Shown here piece after piece: positions 1 to 12,060 of a stretch of DNA of 64,000 nucleotides (position 1 is the first letter of the stretch; the number at the start of each line of letters is the position of its first letter). The notes under the pieces are model-generated. The model searched no databases. It worked only from the letters and a program-made list of their open reading frames with translations, and was not told where the DNA came from. The DNA is from Lama guanicoe (taxonomy: Eukaryota), in the NCBI GenBank assembly GCA_013239625.1, contig MU054307.1, positions 1 to 64,000 on the forward strand. Reading direction: 5' to 3'. The position numbers were made by a program, and so were the translations under genes.

Positions 1-49
1 AGATACTGTTTTATGTTCTTTACATAAATTAGGTTACTTAATCTTTTCA

Positions 50-185
50 AATATTCCTTGAGATAGGTGTTATCTTCATTTTACAGATGAGGAAAGTGAA
101 TCACAGGGAGGCTAAGAACTTTGCCAAAACCCTATAGTGTGTAAATGACCAAGCTAGAATAAGAACCCAGCCATCTGGCTGCAGG
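50..185 (-). mobile_element. MIR SINE fragment
   Basis: cattttacagatgaggaaa...gctaagaactttgcc core motif. Confidence 0.65.
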
Positions 186-569
186 AATTGTATTCTCTTT
201 ACTTCACAGAGATTTCAAATATTTTTATTCTTTTGTTTTTCTCCTTTGTTATCTCCTCCTTCTCACCTCCTCTCTCCCTCTCCCCCGTGCTTCCCTTCCC
301 CTTCCCCACACCCTGGAGCCCCATGGTAGACAGACTGAATCACCACCCATCCAGTATCCTCTGTGATGTGACTGCTTCAGGCACTTCAGACTTAACACAT
401 CAAAATCTGACCTTCTTTCCCCCAAACCCTCTTCTGCCTTCTCTGTTTCCCATCTCAGGTGGTGACACTATCATCTGCCCAGTAATGAACATAAGCAACA
501 TTCTAGAGTTTTCTCTAGATCTATCACAACTACCTTAGTTCAGGCTCTTAACTCTCTCTCTCTCTCTTT

Positions 570-1885
570 TACCTTCTAATTGTGGTAAAATAGATATGAC
601 ATAAAATTTACCATCTTAACCATTTTAAGTGTTCAGTAGTATCGTTTACCCATATTGTTATACAGCTGCCACCACCATCATCCATTTCCAGAATTCTTTC
701 CATCTTATAAAACTGAAATTCTATACCCATGAAAAAAAGAATTCTCCTTTACCCCTTTTCCCCAGTGCTTGGCAGACATCATTCTACTTTGTCTCTATGG
801 GTTTTAGCACACTAGGTACCTCATGAGTGGAATCATGCAGTATTTGTCCTTCTGTGATTGGTTTATTTTTCATAGCATGATGTCCTCAGAGTTCATCCAT
901 GTTGCAGCATGTGTCAGTATTTCCTTTCTTTTTGAGGCTGAATAACATTCCCTTGTATATACAGTTGTCCCTTGGTATCTGTAGGGGATTGATTCCAGAA
1001 TCCCCCACAGATGCCAAGATCCATGGTACTCACGTTCCTTACATAACATGGCATGGTATTTGCATATAACCTGTGGACACTGTTCTGTATACTACAGATC
1101 ACCTCTGGATTACTTTATCACACCTGATACAGTGTAAATGCCGTGTAAATAATTATAAATGCAATGTAAATGCTATGTTTGTAGTTGCTGGCATGATTTA
1201 AGTTCAAGTTTTGCTCTTTGGAACTTTCTGGAGTTTTTTTCAAATAATTTTGATTCACAATTGACTGAATCTGTGGATGTGAAACCATGGATACTGAGAG
1301 CTGACTGTATATACCATATTATGCTTATCAATTCACCTGTCCATGGATACTTGGGTTCCTTCCACCTTTTGTCTGTTTTGAATAATGCCTTTATGAAATT
1401 GGGTGTGCAGATTTATCTTTGAGATCCTGCTTTCAATTCTGTGGGGTAAAAACCCAGAGGTGCAATTGCTGGATCCTATGATAATTCTATTTTAACTTGC
1501 TTGAGGAGTCATGCAACTGTTTTCCACTGCAGCTGCACCAATTTACATTCCCACCAACTGTGCACAAAGTTTCCAATTTCTCCACATCCTTACCAACACT
1601 TGTTATTGCCTGTTATTTATAGTAGCACTAATAGGTGTGGTATCTCATTATGCTTTTGATATTTGCATTTTCCTGATGATTAGCAGTGTTGCACTTTTCA
1701 TATGTTTATTGTCCATCTTTATAACTTCTTTAGGTAAATGTTTACTCAAGTCTTTTACCCATTTCTAAAATTGTATTGATGAGTTAGAGGGCTTCTCTAT
1801 ATATTCTGTGTATTAATCCCTTATCAGTTACGTGATTTGCAAATATTTTCTCCACATTTGTGGGCTGTCTTTTCACTCTGTTAGA
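570..1885 (-). mobile_element. Old L1 3' end, interrupted by a MER2-like element
   Basis: Antisense L1 3' UTR and ORF2-end motifs (ttcatccatgttgcagcatgt, tttgcattttcctgatgattag). Confidence 0.8.
962..1307. mobile_element. MER2-like Tigger (TcMar) MITE
   Basis: TIRs cagttgtcccttggtatc ... gatactgagagctgactg, TA on both flanks, ~346 bp. Confidence 0.8.
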
Positions 1886-2237
1886 AATGCAGGCCCTTAT
1901 CTCTCAGCTGAACTGTTCGTGGCCTTCCTGTGAGTCCTAATTCATCTCCCCACTGCTGTACAAGAGAACTATGATGCAAATCTGATCCTGTTCAAAAAGA
2001 TTGTTCAAGATATGCAAATCAACAAAAGAAAAGACAAAACCCATATTATCATCTCAATAAGATGCAGAAAAAGCATTTTATAAAATTCAACATCCATTCA
2101 TGATAAAAACTGTCACCAAAGTGGATATTGAGGGAACATATCTCAACATAATAAAAGCCTTTTACTACAAACCTACAGCCAACATAATATTCTGTGATCA
2201 AAAACTGAAAGCCTTCCCACTAAATTCAGGAGAAGGA

Positions 2238-2340
2238 NNNNNNNNNNNNNNNNNNNNNNNNNNNNNNNNNNNNNNNNNNNNNNNNNNNNNNNNNNNNNNN
2301 NNNNNNNNNNNNNNNNNNNNNNNNNNNNNNNNNNNNNNNN
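2238..2340. other. Assembly gap
   Basis: N run. Confidence 1.
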
Positions 2341-2466
2341 TATTTGCAGATGATACTCTATATAGAGAACTCCAAAGACTGTACACAAAAACTGTTACAA
2401 CTAATACATGAATTCAGCAAGATAGCAGGATACAAGATTAATATACAAAGATCTGCTGCACTGCAT

Positions 2467-2740
2467 NNNNNNNNNNNNNNNNNNNNNNNNNNNNNNNNNN
2501 NNNNNNNNNNNNNNNNNNNNNNNNNNNNNNNNNNNNNNNNNNNNNNNNNNNNNNNNNNNNNNNNNNNNNNNNNNNNNNNNNNNNNNNNNNNNNNNNNNNN
2601 NNNNNNNNNNNNNNNNNNNNNNNNNNNNNNNNNNNNNNNNNNNNNNNNNNNNNNNNNNNNNNNNNNNNNNNNNNNNNNNNNNNNNNNNNNNNNNNNNNNN
2701 NNNNNNNNNNNNNNNNNNNNNNNNNNNNNNNNNNNNNNNN
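2467..2740. other. Assembly gap
   Basis: N run. Confidence 1.
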
Positions 2741-3634
2741 CACCCAGACTTCAGACAATACCACAAAGCTACAGTTATCAAAACAGCATGGTATTGGCAC
2801 AAAAACAGACATATAGATCAGTGAACAGAATAGAGAGCCCAGAAATGAAACCAGAAATATACACTCAATTAGTCTATGACAAAGGAGGCAAGAATATACA
2901 GTGGAGAAAAGACAGCCTGAATCTTCACAAGTGGTATTGGGAAACTGGACGGCTTTATGTAAATCATGAAACCAGAACACTCCCTCACGTCATATACCAA
3001 AATAAACTCAAAATGGTTTAAAGACCTAAATATAAGACACAATACCATGAAACTCCTGCAAGAGAACATAGCCAAAACATTTTTCGGTGTAAATTGTAGC
3101 AATATTTTCTTAGATCTGTATCACAAGGCAAAAGAAATAAAAGCAAAAATTAAAAAATGGGACCAAATTAAATTTAAAATCTTTTTCACAGAAAACAAAA
3201 CTTTCAATAAAATGAAAAGACAGTGTATGGAATGGGAGAAAATATTTGCAAACAATGCAACCAAAAAGGGGTTAATACGCAAAATATATAAGTAGCTCAT
3301 ACAACTCAATATCAAAAAAACCATACAACCCAAATCAAAAAATGAGCAGAAGACCTAAATAGACATTTCTCCAAGGAAGACATACAGATGGTCAGCAGGC
3401 ATATGAAAAGATGCTCAACATCGCTAATTATTAGAGAAACACAAATCATAGAAACCACAATGAGGTATCACCTCACACCTCTCAGAATGGCCATCATCAA
3501 AAAGTCTACAAATAACAAATGCTGGAGAGGTGTGGAGAAAGGGGAACCCCTCTACACTGTTGGTGGAAATGTGAGTGATATCATATATTTGTCCTCTGTT
3601 TTGACCTCAAATGTAAGAGTTATTTGGTCTCACT

Positions 3635-6600
3635 CTGGGAAAATTCCATTGCTGTTTTGATAAGAGATGTCATTGACTCTGTAGATTGCCTTGAGTAGTA
3701 GTATGATCATTTTAACCATATTAATTCTTCCAGTCCAAGAGCATGATATTCCATTTGTGTCATCTTCAATTTCTTTCATCAGTGTCTTACAATTTTTTGA
3801 GTATAAGTCTTTTACCTCCTTGGTTAGATCTGTTCCCATGTATTTTATTCCTTTTGACATGATTGAAAATGAGATTGTTTTCTTAATCTCTCTTTCTGAT
3901 AGTTTGTTGTTAGTGCATAGATATACAACAGATGTCTGTGTATTAACTTTGTATTGTATCCTGCAACTGTACTGAATTCATTTATTAGTTGTAATAGTTT
4001 TTTGGTGACATCTTTAGGATTTTCTATATGTAGTATCATGACCTCTGCAAACAGTGACAGTTTTACTTCTTCCTTTCCAATTTAGATTCCTTTTATTTCT
4101 TTTTTTGGTCTGATTGCTGTGGCTAGGACTTTGAATACTATGTTGAATAAAAGTGGCAAGAGTGGGCAATCTTGTCTTGTTCCAGATCTTAGAGGAAATA
4201 CATTTAGTTTTTCATCATTGACTATGATGTTAGCTGTAGTTTATCATACTTTGCCTTTGTTATGTTTAAGTATGCTCCCTGTATACCCACATTTTGGAGA
4301 GTTTTTTTTTTTATCATAAGTGGATTTTGGATTTTGTTAAAAGCTTTTTCTGTATCTGTTGAGATGATCAGATGGTTTTTATTCCTCAGTTTGTTAGTGT
4401 GTATCACAGTGATTAATTTGTGGTTATTGAATTATCTTTACATACTGGGGATAAATCCCACTTGATCATGGTTTATGATCAATTCAGTTTGCTAATATTT
4501 TGTTGAGGATTTTTGCATCTGTGCTCATCAGTGACGTTGCCTGTCATGTCTGTGTGATATCTTTGATTGGTTTTGGTGTCAGGTTTTACATCTGTGTTCA
4601 TCAGTGACTTTGCCTGTTGTGTGCGTGCACACGCGTGTATGTGTATAGTATCTTTGGTTTTGGTAACGGTGATTCAGGTTAATAGAATAAGTTTGGAAGT
4701 ATTTCTTCTGCAGTTTTTGGAATATTTTGAGAAAGGTAGGCATTAACTCTTCTTTAAATGCTTGGTAGAATTTACCCATGAAGCCTTCTGGTACTGGACT
4801 CTTGTTTATTGGGTATTTTTTTTTTNNNNNNNNNNNNNNNNNNNNNNNNNNNNNNNNNNNNNNNNNNNNNNNNNNNNNNNNNNNNNNNNNNNNNNNNNNN
4901 NNNNNNNACATTTATAACATCTATTCTGTGTTGTCTACTTTATTCACATATAACTAACTGTAGTGGTCTTTTATGATCCTTTGTATTTCTGCTGTATTGG
5001 TTGTAACTTCTTTTTCAGTTCTGATTTTATTTATCTGGGGACTCTTTCTTGATGAGCCTGGTGAAAATTTATCAGTTTTATTTATCTATCCAAAGAACCA
5101 GCTCATTGATCTTTTCTATTGTTGTAGTCTCTAGTTCATTTATTTCTGCTCTGATCTTATTCTTTCTTTCCTTCTACCAACTTTGGATTTTATTTTTATT
5201 TTTCCATTTCCTTTAAGTGTAAAGATAGGGTTTCCCCCTTGTTTCCTGAGGTAGTCTTGTATTGCTATAAACTTCCCCCTTAGAACTGCTTTTCCTACAT
5301 CCTACGAATTTTGGATTGTTGTGTTTCCATTTTCATTTGTTTCCAGACATTTTTTGATATCCTTTTTCTTCAATGAGCCATTAGTTGTTTAGCAGCATGC
5401 TGTTTATCCTTACCGTGTTTGATTTTTGCAGTTTTTTTCTTGTAGTCAATTTCTAGTCTCAGTGTTGTCAGAAAAGATGCTTGATATGATTTCAATTTTC
5501 TTTAATTTACTGAGGCTTGTTTTGTGGCCTGGTGTGTTATCTACACTGGAGAATGCCCATGTGCACTCAAGAATAATGTATATTCTGCTACTTTTGGATG
5601 GAATGCTTTGTATAGATTTGTTAAGTTTATCTGGACTAATATGTCATTTAAGCCAGTATTTCCTTATTGATTTCCTGCCTGTGTGATCTGTTCATTGATA
5701 GAAGTGAGGTGATCAAGTCCCCGACTATCATTGTGTTACTCTTAATTTCTCTTTCTATGTTTGTTAAAATCTACTTTATGTATTTAGGTGCTCCTATGTT
5801 GGGTATGTATATATTAACAATTCTTATATCTTCCTGTTGGATTGACCCCTTTATAATTAGTAATAGCCACTTTTGTCTCTTGTTATAGTCTTGGTTTTAA
5901 AGTCTCTTTTGTCTGACATAAGTATTGCTACTCAGTTCTCATTTCCATTCACATGGAGTACCTTTTTCCATTCCCTCACTTTCAGTCTGTATCTTTTTAT
6001 CTGAAGTGAGTCTCTGGTAGACAGTGTATATCTGCATCTTGTTTATCCATTCAGCCATTCTGTGTCTTGACTAGAGCATTTAGTCCATTTACTTTTAAAG
6101 TAAATACTGATAGCCGTTTACTTATTGCCAGTTTGTTAACTGTTTTCTGGTTGTTCTTGTAGGGTTTTTGTTTGTTTCTTTCTTCTTTTGCTCTCTTCCT
6201 GTGTGATTTGATGAGCATCTTTAGCATTTTGTTTGGATCTCTTCTCCCTTTTTGTGTGTGCATCTATTACAGATTTTTGGTCTGGGGCACCGTGAGGCTT
6301 ACATATAGCAACCTGTATATATTTGTGATTATTATAAGTTGCTGATCTCTTAAGCTCAAACATGGTCTAACAACCCTGCATTTTCACTCCCCCCTACTCC
6401 ACATTTTTTTCAAATCATGTTTTACTTCTTTTTATTTTGTGTCTCCCTTAACTACTTGCTGTGGATATAGGTGATTTTACTGCTTTTGACCTTTAACTTT
6501 CCTACTGGCTTTACAAGTAATTGCTCTACATTTGCTGTATATTTGCCTTTACCAATGATTTTCTTTCCTTTCATAATTTTATTTTCTTTTGTTTCTTGGT
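3635..6600 (-). mobile_element. Degenerate L1 (inter-ORF region, endonuclease and RT), antisense
   Basis: Minus-strand peptides [54 protein letters not shown]. Confidence 0.9.
4826..4907. other. Assembly gap
   Basis: N run. Confidence 1.
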
Positions 6601-6611
6601 CATTTGCCTCT

Positions 6612-9600
6612 TTTAAAATTTTTTTTTATTAAGTTATAATCATTTTACAATGTTGTGTCAAATTCCAGTGTAGAACACAATTTTTCAGTTACACATGAAC
6701 AAACATATATTCATTGTCACACTTTTATTTTCATTGTGAGCTACCACAAGATCTTGTATACATTTCCCTGTGCTATACAGTATTATCTTGTTTATCTATT
6801 CTACATATGCCTGTCAGTATCTACAAATTTTGAAACCCCAGCCTGTCCCTTCCCACCCCCCCGCCTCCTTGGCAACCACAAGTTTGTATTCTATGTCTAT
6901 GAGTCTGTTTCTGTTTTGTATTTGTTCTTTTGGTTTTTTTTTTTGTTTTTTTTTTGGATTCCACATATGGGTGATTTTTTTTGGCATTTTTCTTTCTCTT
7001 TCTGGCTTACTTCACTTAGAATGACATTCTCCAGGAACATCCATGTTGCTGCAAATGCCATTATGTTGTCAGTTTTTATGGCTGAGTAGTATTCCATTGT
7101 ATAAATATACCACCTCTTCTTTATCCAGTCATCTGTTGATGGACATTTAGGCTGTCTCCATGTCTTGGCTATTGTAAATAGTGCTTCTATGAACATTGGG
7201 GTGCAGGTGTCATTTTGAAGTAGGGTTCCTTCCGGATATATGCCCAGGAGCAATATTCCTGGGTCATATGGTAAGTCTATTCCTAGTCTTTTGAGGAATC
7301 TCCATCCTGTTTTCCACAGTGGCTGCACCAAACTGCATTCCCACCAGCAGTGTAGGTAGTGTTTCTCCACAGCCTATTCAGCATTTGTCATTTGTGGACT
7401 TTTGAATGATGGACATTCTGGCTGGTGTGAGGTGATACCTCATTGTAGTTTTGATTTGCATTTCTCTCATAATTAGTGACATTGAGCATTTTTTCATGTG
7501 CCTGTTGGCCATTTGTATATCTTCACTGGAGAATTGCTTGTTTAGGTCTTCTACCCATTTTTGGATTGGGTTGTTCATTTGTTTTCTTATTATGTCACAT
7601 TAGCTGCTTATATATTCTGGAAATCAATCCTTTTTCAGTTTCATCGTTTACAAAAATTTTCTCCCATTCCGTAGGTTGTCGTTTTGTTTTACTTACAGTT
7701 TCTTTCGCTGTGCAGAAGCTTGTAAGTTTCATTAGGTCCCATTTGTTTATTCTTGCTTTTACTTCTATCGCTTGGGTAGACTGCCTTCGGAGAATATTTT
7801 TGAGATGTATGTGAGATAATGTTTTACCTATATTTTCTTCTAGGAGGTTTATAGTATCTTGTCTTATGTTTAAGTCATTGATCCATTTTGAGTTTTTTTG
7901 TGTGTATGGTGTAAGGGAGTGTTCCAGCTTCATTGCTTTACATGCCGCTGTCCAGTTTTCCCACCATTTGCTGAAGAGACTGTCTTTATTCTATTGTATA
8001 TTCTTGCCTTCTTTGTCAAAGATTGGTTGACCAAAAGTTTGTGGGTTCATTTCTGGGCTCTCTGTTCTGTTCCATTGGTCCATATGTCTTTTTTGTACCA
8101 GTACCATGCTGTCTTGATGAGTGTAGTTCTGTAGTATTGTCTGAAGTCTGGGAGAGTTATTCCTCCAGATTCTTTCTTTTTCTTCAGTAATGCTTTGGTA
8201 ATTCTAGGTCTTTTGTTGTTCCATATAAATTTTATTATGATTTGTTCTAGTTCTGTGAAATACGTCCTGGGTATTTTGATAGGGATTGCATTAAATCTGT
8301 AGATTGCCTTGGGCAGTGTGACCATTTTAACAATATTGATTCTTCCAATCCAGGAGTATGGGATATCTTTCAATTTTTTAAAGTCTTCTTTAATTTCCTT
8401 CATCAATGGTTTGTAGTTTTCTGTATATAATTCTTTCCCCTCATTGATTAGATTTACTCCTACGTATTTTATTACTTTGGGTGCTATTTTAAAGGGGATT
8501 GTTTCTTTACTTTCTTTTTCTGTTGATTCATCGTTAGTGTAAAGAAATGCAACTGATTTTTGAACGTTAATTTTGTAACCTGCTACCTTGCTGAATTCTT
8601 TGATCAGCTGTAGTAATTTTTGTGTGGACCTTTTAGGGTTTTCTATATATAGTATCATGTCATCTGCATATAGTGACACTTCTACCTCTTCTTTTCCAAT
8701 TTGGATCCCTTTTATTTCTCTCTCTTGCCTGATTGCTGTGGCCAGGACTTCCAAGACTCTGTTGAATAGGAGTGGTGATAGTGGGCAGCCTTGTCTTGTC
8801 CCAGATTTTAGTGGGAAGCTTTTGAGTTTCTCACCATCGAGTACTATGCTGGCTGTAGTTTGTCATATATAGCTTTTATTATGTTGAGATATGTTCCCTA
8901 TGTACCCAACTTTGGTGAGAGTTTTTATCATAAATAGTGTTGAATTTTATCAAATGCTTTTTCTGCATCTATTGAGATGATCTTGTGGTTTTTGTCCTTT
9001 CTCTTGTTGATGTGATGTATTACATTGATGGATTTGCATATGTTGAACCACCCTTGTGTCCCTGGGATGAACCCCACTTGATCATGATATGTAATCTTTT
9101 TTATGTGCTGTTGGATTCTATTTGCTAATATTGTGGTAAGGATTTTTGCATCTATGTTCATCAGTGATATTGGTCTGTAGTTCTCTTTTTTCATGGTGTC
9201 TTTGCCTGGTTTTGGTATCAGGGTGATGGTGTCTTCATAAATGAGTTTAGGAGTATTCCCTCCTTTTTAATCTTCTGGAAGAGTTTGAGAAGGGCTGGTA
9301 TGAGTTCTTCTTTGTATGTTTGGTAGAATTCCCTGGTGAAGCCATCCAGTCTTGGACTTTTATTTGTAGGGAGGTTTTATATTGCTAATTTGATTTCATT
9401 TCTAGTGATCGATTTGTTCAAGTGGTCAGTTTCTTCTTGATTCAGTCTTGGTGGACTCTATGTTTCCAGAAACTTGTCCATCTCCTCTAGGTTATCCAGT
9501 TTGGTTCTATATAGTTTTTCATAATACTCTCGTATGCTATTCTGTATTTATATGTTATCAGTTGTAGTTTCTCCATTTTCCTTTCTTATTTTCCTTATTT

Positions 9601-10298
9601 GTGCTCTCTTTTTTCTTTGTGAGTTTTGCCAGAGGTTTGTCAATTTTATTTTACTCTTTCAAAAAACCAGCTTTTGGTTTGATTGATTTGTTTCTATTTT
9701 TTTAATCTCTATTTTATTTATTTCCTCCCTAAGCTGTATTATTTCCTTCCTTCTGCTGACTTTTGGGGGTTTTTTGCTCTTCTTTTTCTAATTCTTTGAG
9801 CTGGTGGGTTAGATTTATTATTTGAGATTTTTTTTTTTTGAGAAAGGCCTGTATCACTATAAATTTCACTCTTAGCACTGCCTTTGATGTGTCCCATAAA
9901 TTTTGTGTGGTCATGTTTTCATTTTCACTTGTCTCAAGATATTTTTTAATTTCAACTTTGAGTTTATCATTGACCCATTGGTTTTTTTAATAGCATGTTG
10001 TTTAATCTCCATGCTTTCCTTTTTTTCTCCTTTGTTTCTCTGTATTTGATTTCTAGTTTCATGGCATTGTGGTTAGTAAAAGTGCTTGAGATAATTTCTA
10101 TTTTCTTAAAATTGTTGAGGCTTCTTTTGTGCCCAAGTACATGATCAATCCTAGAAATGTTCCATGTGTACTTGAAAAGAATATATATCCTGTTTTGGGG
10201 GAGTGTAATGCTCTGAAAATATCCAGCAAATCTAATTTTTCTATTGTGTCATTTAATTTCTCTGTTGCCTTATTTATTTTCTGTCTGGAAGATCTGTC
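6612..10298 (-). mobile_element. Younger 5'-truncated L1 (most of ORF2, 3' UTR, A tail), disrupted
   Basis: Long ORF2 pieces: [46 protein letters not shown] run near 6620. Confidence 0.95.
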
Positions 10299-11115
10299 TC
10301 CCCCATATTTTTTTTTAAATGAATAAAACGAATTCCTTGAGAGCTGGAAGTCGGGGTCAAACAATTTGGGCCAGAGTGACCAGGCAATTCACACTATGTG
10401 AGCTTTGAAATTGGGGTAGATTCAAAATTCAGACTTAGGGCCTTCAAAGTCCTTGAACCATGGGGCCACTTTAGATCCCCCATCATGACCCTTGAAGATA
10501 ATTAATTTCTGAATCCCATTTTCCTCTTTGTTAAATGTCAGGAAATGCTCCTCAGTGCCTGTGAGTTGCAGGGGTCACTGGTGCAGTGAAGTCCCTGGAT
10601 CCCACCCCAGCATGCTGAGAGGAAACAGACCCTCCTTTAGACTCGATTTGGCAGCTGTGTGGTTCTTGCACACCAAGCCTGGACTCCTGCCGTCCAGGGT
10701 TCAAGCCCTAGGGGCAGTGTCGACAATACCCTCTCCCCAGGCATTCCCAAGGCCAAGGGGTCTGGTGCCTGAAGAAATGAGTCAAAACAGTGGAAACTCC
10801 TGTGGACTCAGAGCTGGCTTGGCCCACCAGCACTAGGAGGAGGGGAGGGGATGAGAAGGTGGGAGATGGTCATCTCGGGAAGTGGGTGGGGTGGGCAGGG
10901 TGCTATGAGTTCTGGATTGGACAGCCTGGCCAGAAGCAGAGCTGGGGAGTGTCAGGGCTGGGAGGGGCTGGCTGAGGCTGGCTGGGGTTGGGGTGAGTCC
11001 TGGAGGGATGGGTGGGGCCCGGGATGGGTGGGGCAGGAGCTCTGCTCTCTGTGCAGTGCCTGGTGGCTGTATGAGGCCTGGCCTGGTGAGCATTGTCCGT
11101 TGAGAGGCCCTTGCG

Positions 11116-11227
11116 ATGGGGATGCCACCACAGGGGAAGAGTCCCAAGCCACGGGTGAAAGCTCCCGGAGACCTGAAGGACCCGGAGGTGCCTGTGGTCC
11201 AGATGAGGCTGCTTGAAGCTATATTTG
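11116..11227 (+). CDS. DPPA5: DPPA5-like coding exon 1
   Basis: gcgATGg Kozak context; 37 codons + 1 nt; donor TTTG|GTATGT. Confidence 0.85.
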
Positions 11228-11299
11228 GTATGTGAGCTGTCCCAGGGCCAGCTGGGTGGTTGGCCCTGGACTAGAGTGATCATTTTCTTACCCATACAG

Positions 11300-11479
11300 G
11301 CCCAGGCAGATCTCAATTCCCATACGTCAAGCAAGTGAGCAAATTCATGTTTGAGGTGCGGACTCTGGAGTCTTCGGATCTCAGCAAGGTCCTAGTTTTT
11401 GGACCCAACTTGTCCAAGTTCAGGACCAAATGAATGTGCTGGTCCATGGCCAAGTGGCAGCACCTGAGGCCGGAGCAAG
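11300..11479 (+). CDS. DPPA5: DPPA5-like coding exon 2 (contains in-frame TGA)
   Basis: acceptor ttcttacccatacAG; 180 nt; donor CAAG|GTGAGC. Confidence 0.85.
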
Positions 11480-11827
11480 GTGAGCGGGCTTCCCCTTCTC
11501 CAGCCCTTCTCACCCCTCCCTGACAATCCCCTCCAGTCTGGGCTATGCCTGAAACTCCAGTGGGGTTGGTGTCCACTGGTCCTAGGGACCCTGGGCTGGC
11601 CTCTTAGGGCAGCATTGTCGGACCTCAACACAGTTCCTCATAGCCTCCCCAACCCCATGTTGGAATGAGCCCAGTTGGCCCCACGTGCTGAGGTTCTGGA
11701 GAATCCCAGGCCCAGAACGCTTAGCTGGGACACCCCAGAAATGACATCTGACAGAGGCCGGGAGATGTACTTAGGCTCTTCCCCCTCCACTCCCCTCACC
11801 CATGCCCACTGTTACTCTCTGGGGCAG

Positions 11828-11886
11828 GGATGCTCAGACTGGAGGGAGCCGGGACTTCACTGGAACTAGGGTCTCAGATGAAGTGA
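11828..11886 (+). CDS. DPPA5: DPPA5-like coding exon 3
   Basis: acceptor ...ctctctggggcAG; encodes (G)MLRLEGAGTSLELGSQMK*. Confidence 0.85.
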
Positions 11887-12054
11887 AGACCATTTGCAAT
11901 CCAATCAACCTGGGACCAGGATGCAGCGAGTAGGCTGTGGCCAGAGCTGCAGTAAGTCAGCTGACCAGGAAAAACCAACTAGTCTGGGGTCTGTTCCTTT
12001 GCCTTTAAGTCCTGATGTGACTCCCCCCCTACCCTCAAAGGTTGCTAATTAAAG

Positions 12055-12060
12055 AATAAA
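12055..12060 (+). promoter_or_regulatory. Putative polyadenylation signal of the DPPA5-like gene
   Basis: AATAAA ~170 nt after the stop, followed by GT-rich sequence. Confidence 0.6.

Larger units (their letters stand above)
2010..3571 (+). mobile_element. L1 ORF2 fragment (RT to C-terminus), with N gaps
   Basis: Peptides [30 protein letters not shown]. Confidence 0.9.
11116..11886 (+). pseudogene. DPPA5: DPPA5-like KH-domain gene, 3 exons, premature stop at codon 82 (probable unitary pseudogene or truncated allele)
   Basis: Splicing 11116-11227, 11300-11479 and 11828-11886 gives 351 nt: MGMPPQGKSPKPRVKAPGDLKDPEVPVVQMRLLEAIF-G-PGRSQFPYVKQVSKFMFEVRTLESSDLSKVLVFGPNLSKFRTK*MCWSMAKWQHLRPEQ-G-MLRLEGAGTSLELGSQMK*. 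This aligns without gaps to recalled human DPPA5 (116 aa; DLKDPEV, RLLKAIFG, LESSDL, RTKWM, LELG..MK). Both introns are GT-AG and phase 1. TGA at 11431-11433. Confidence 0.92.

Noticed and set aside
2100..3021. Long ORFs in the track
   Set aside because: Inflated by N gaps; the real sequence is L1 ORF2.
8047..8754. 235-aa reverse transcriptase ORF with YADD
   Set aside because: A fragment of a disrupted, 5'-truncated L1 ORF2; not a novel RT system.
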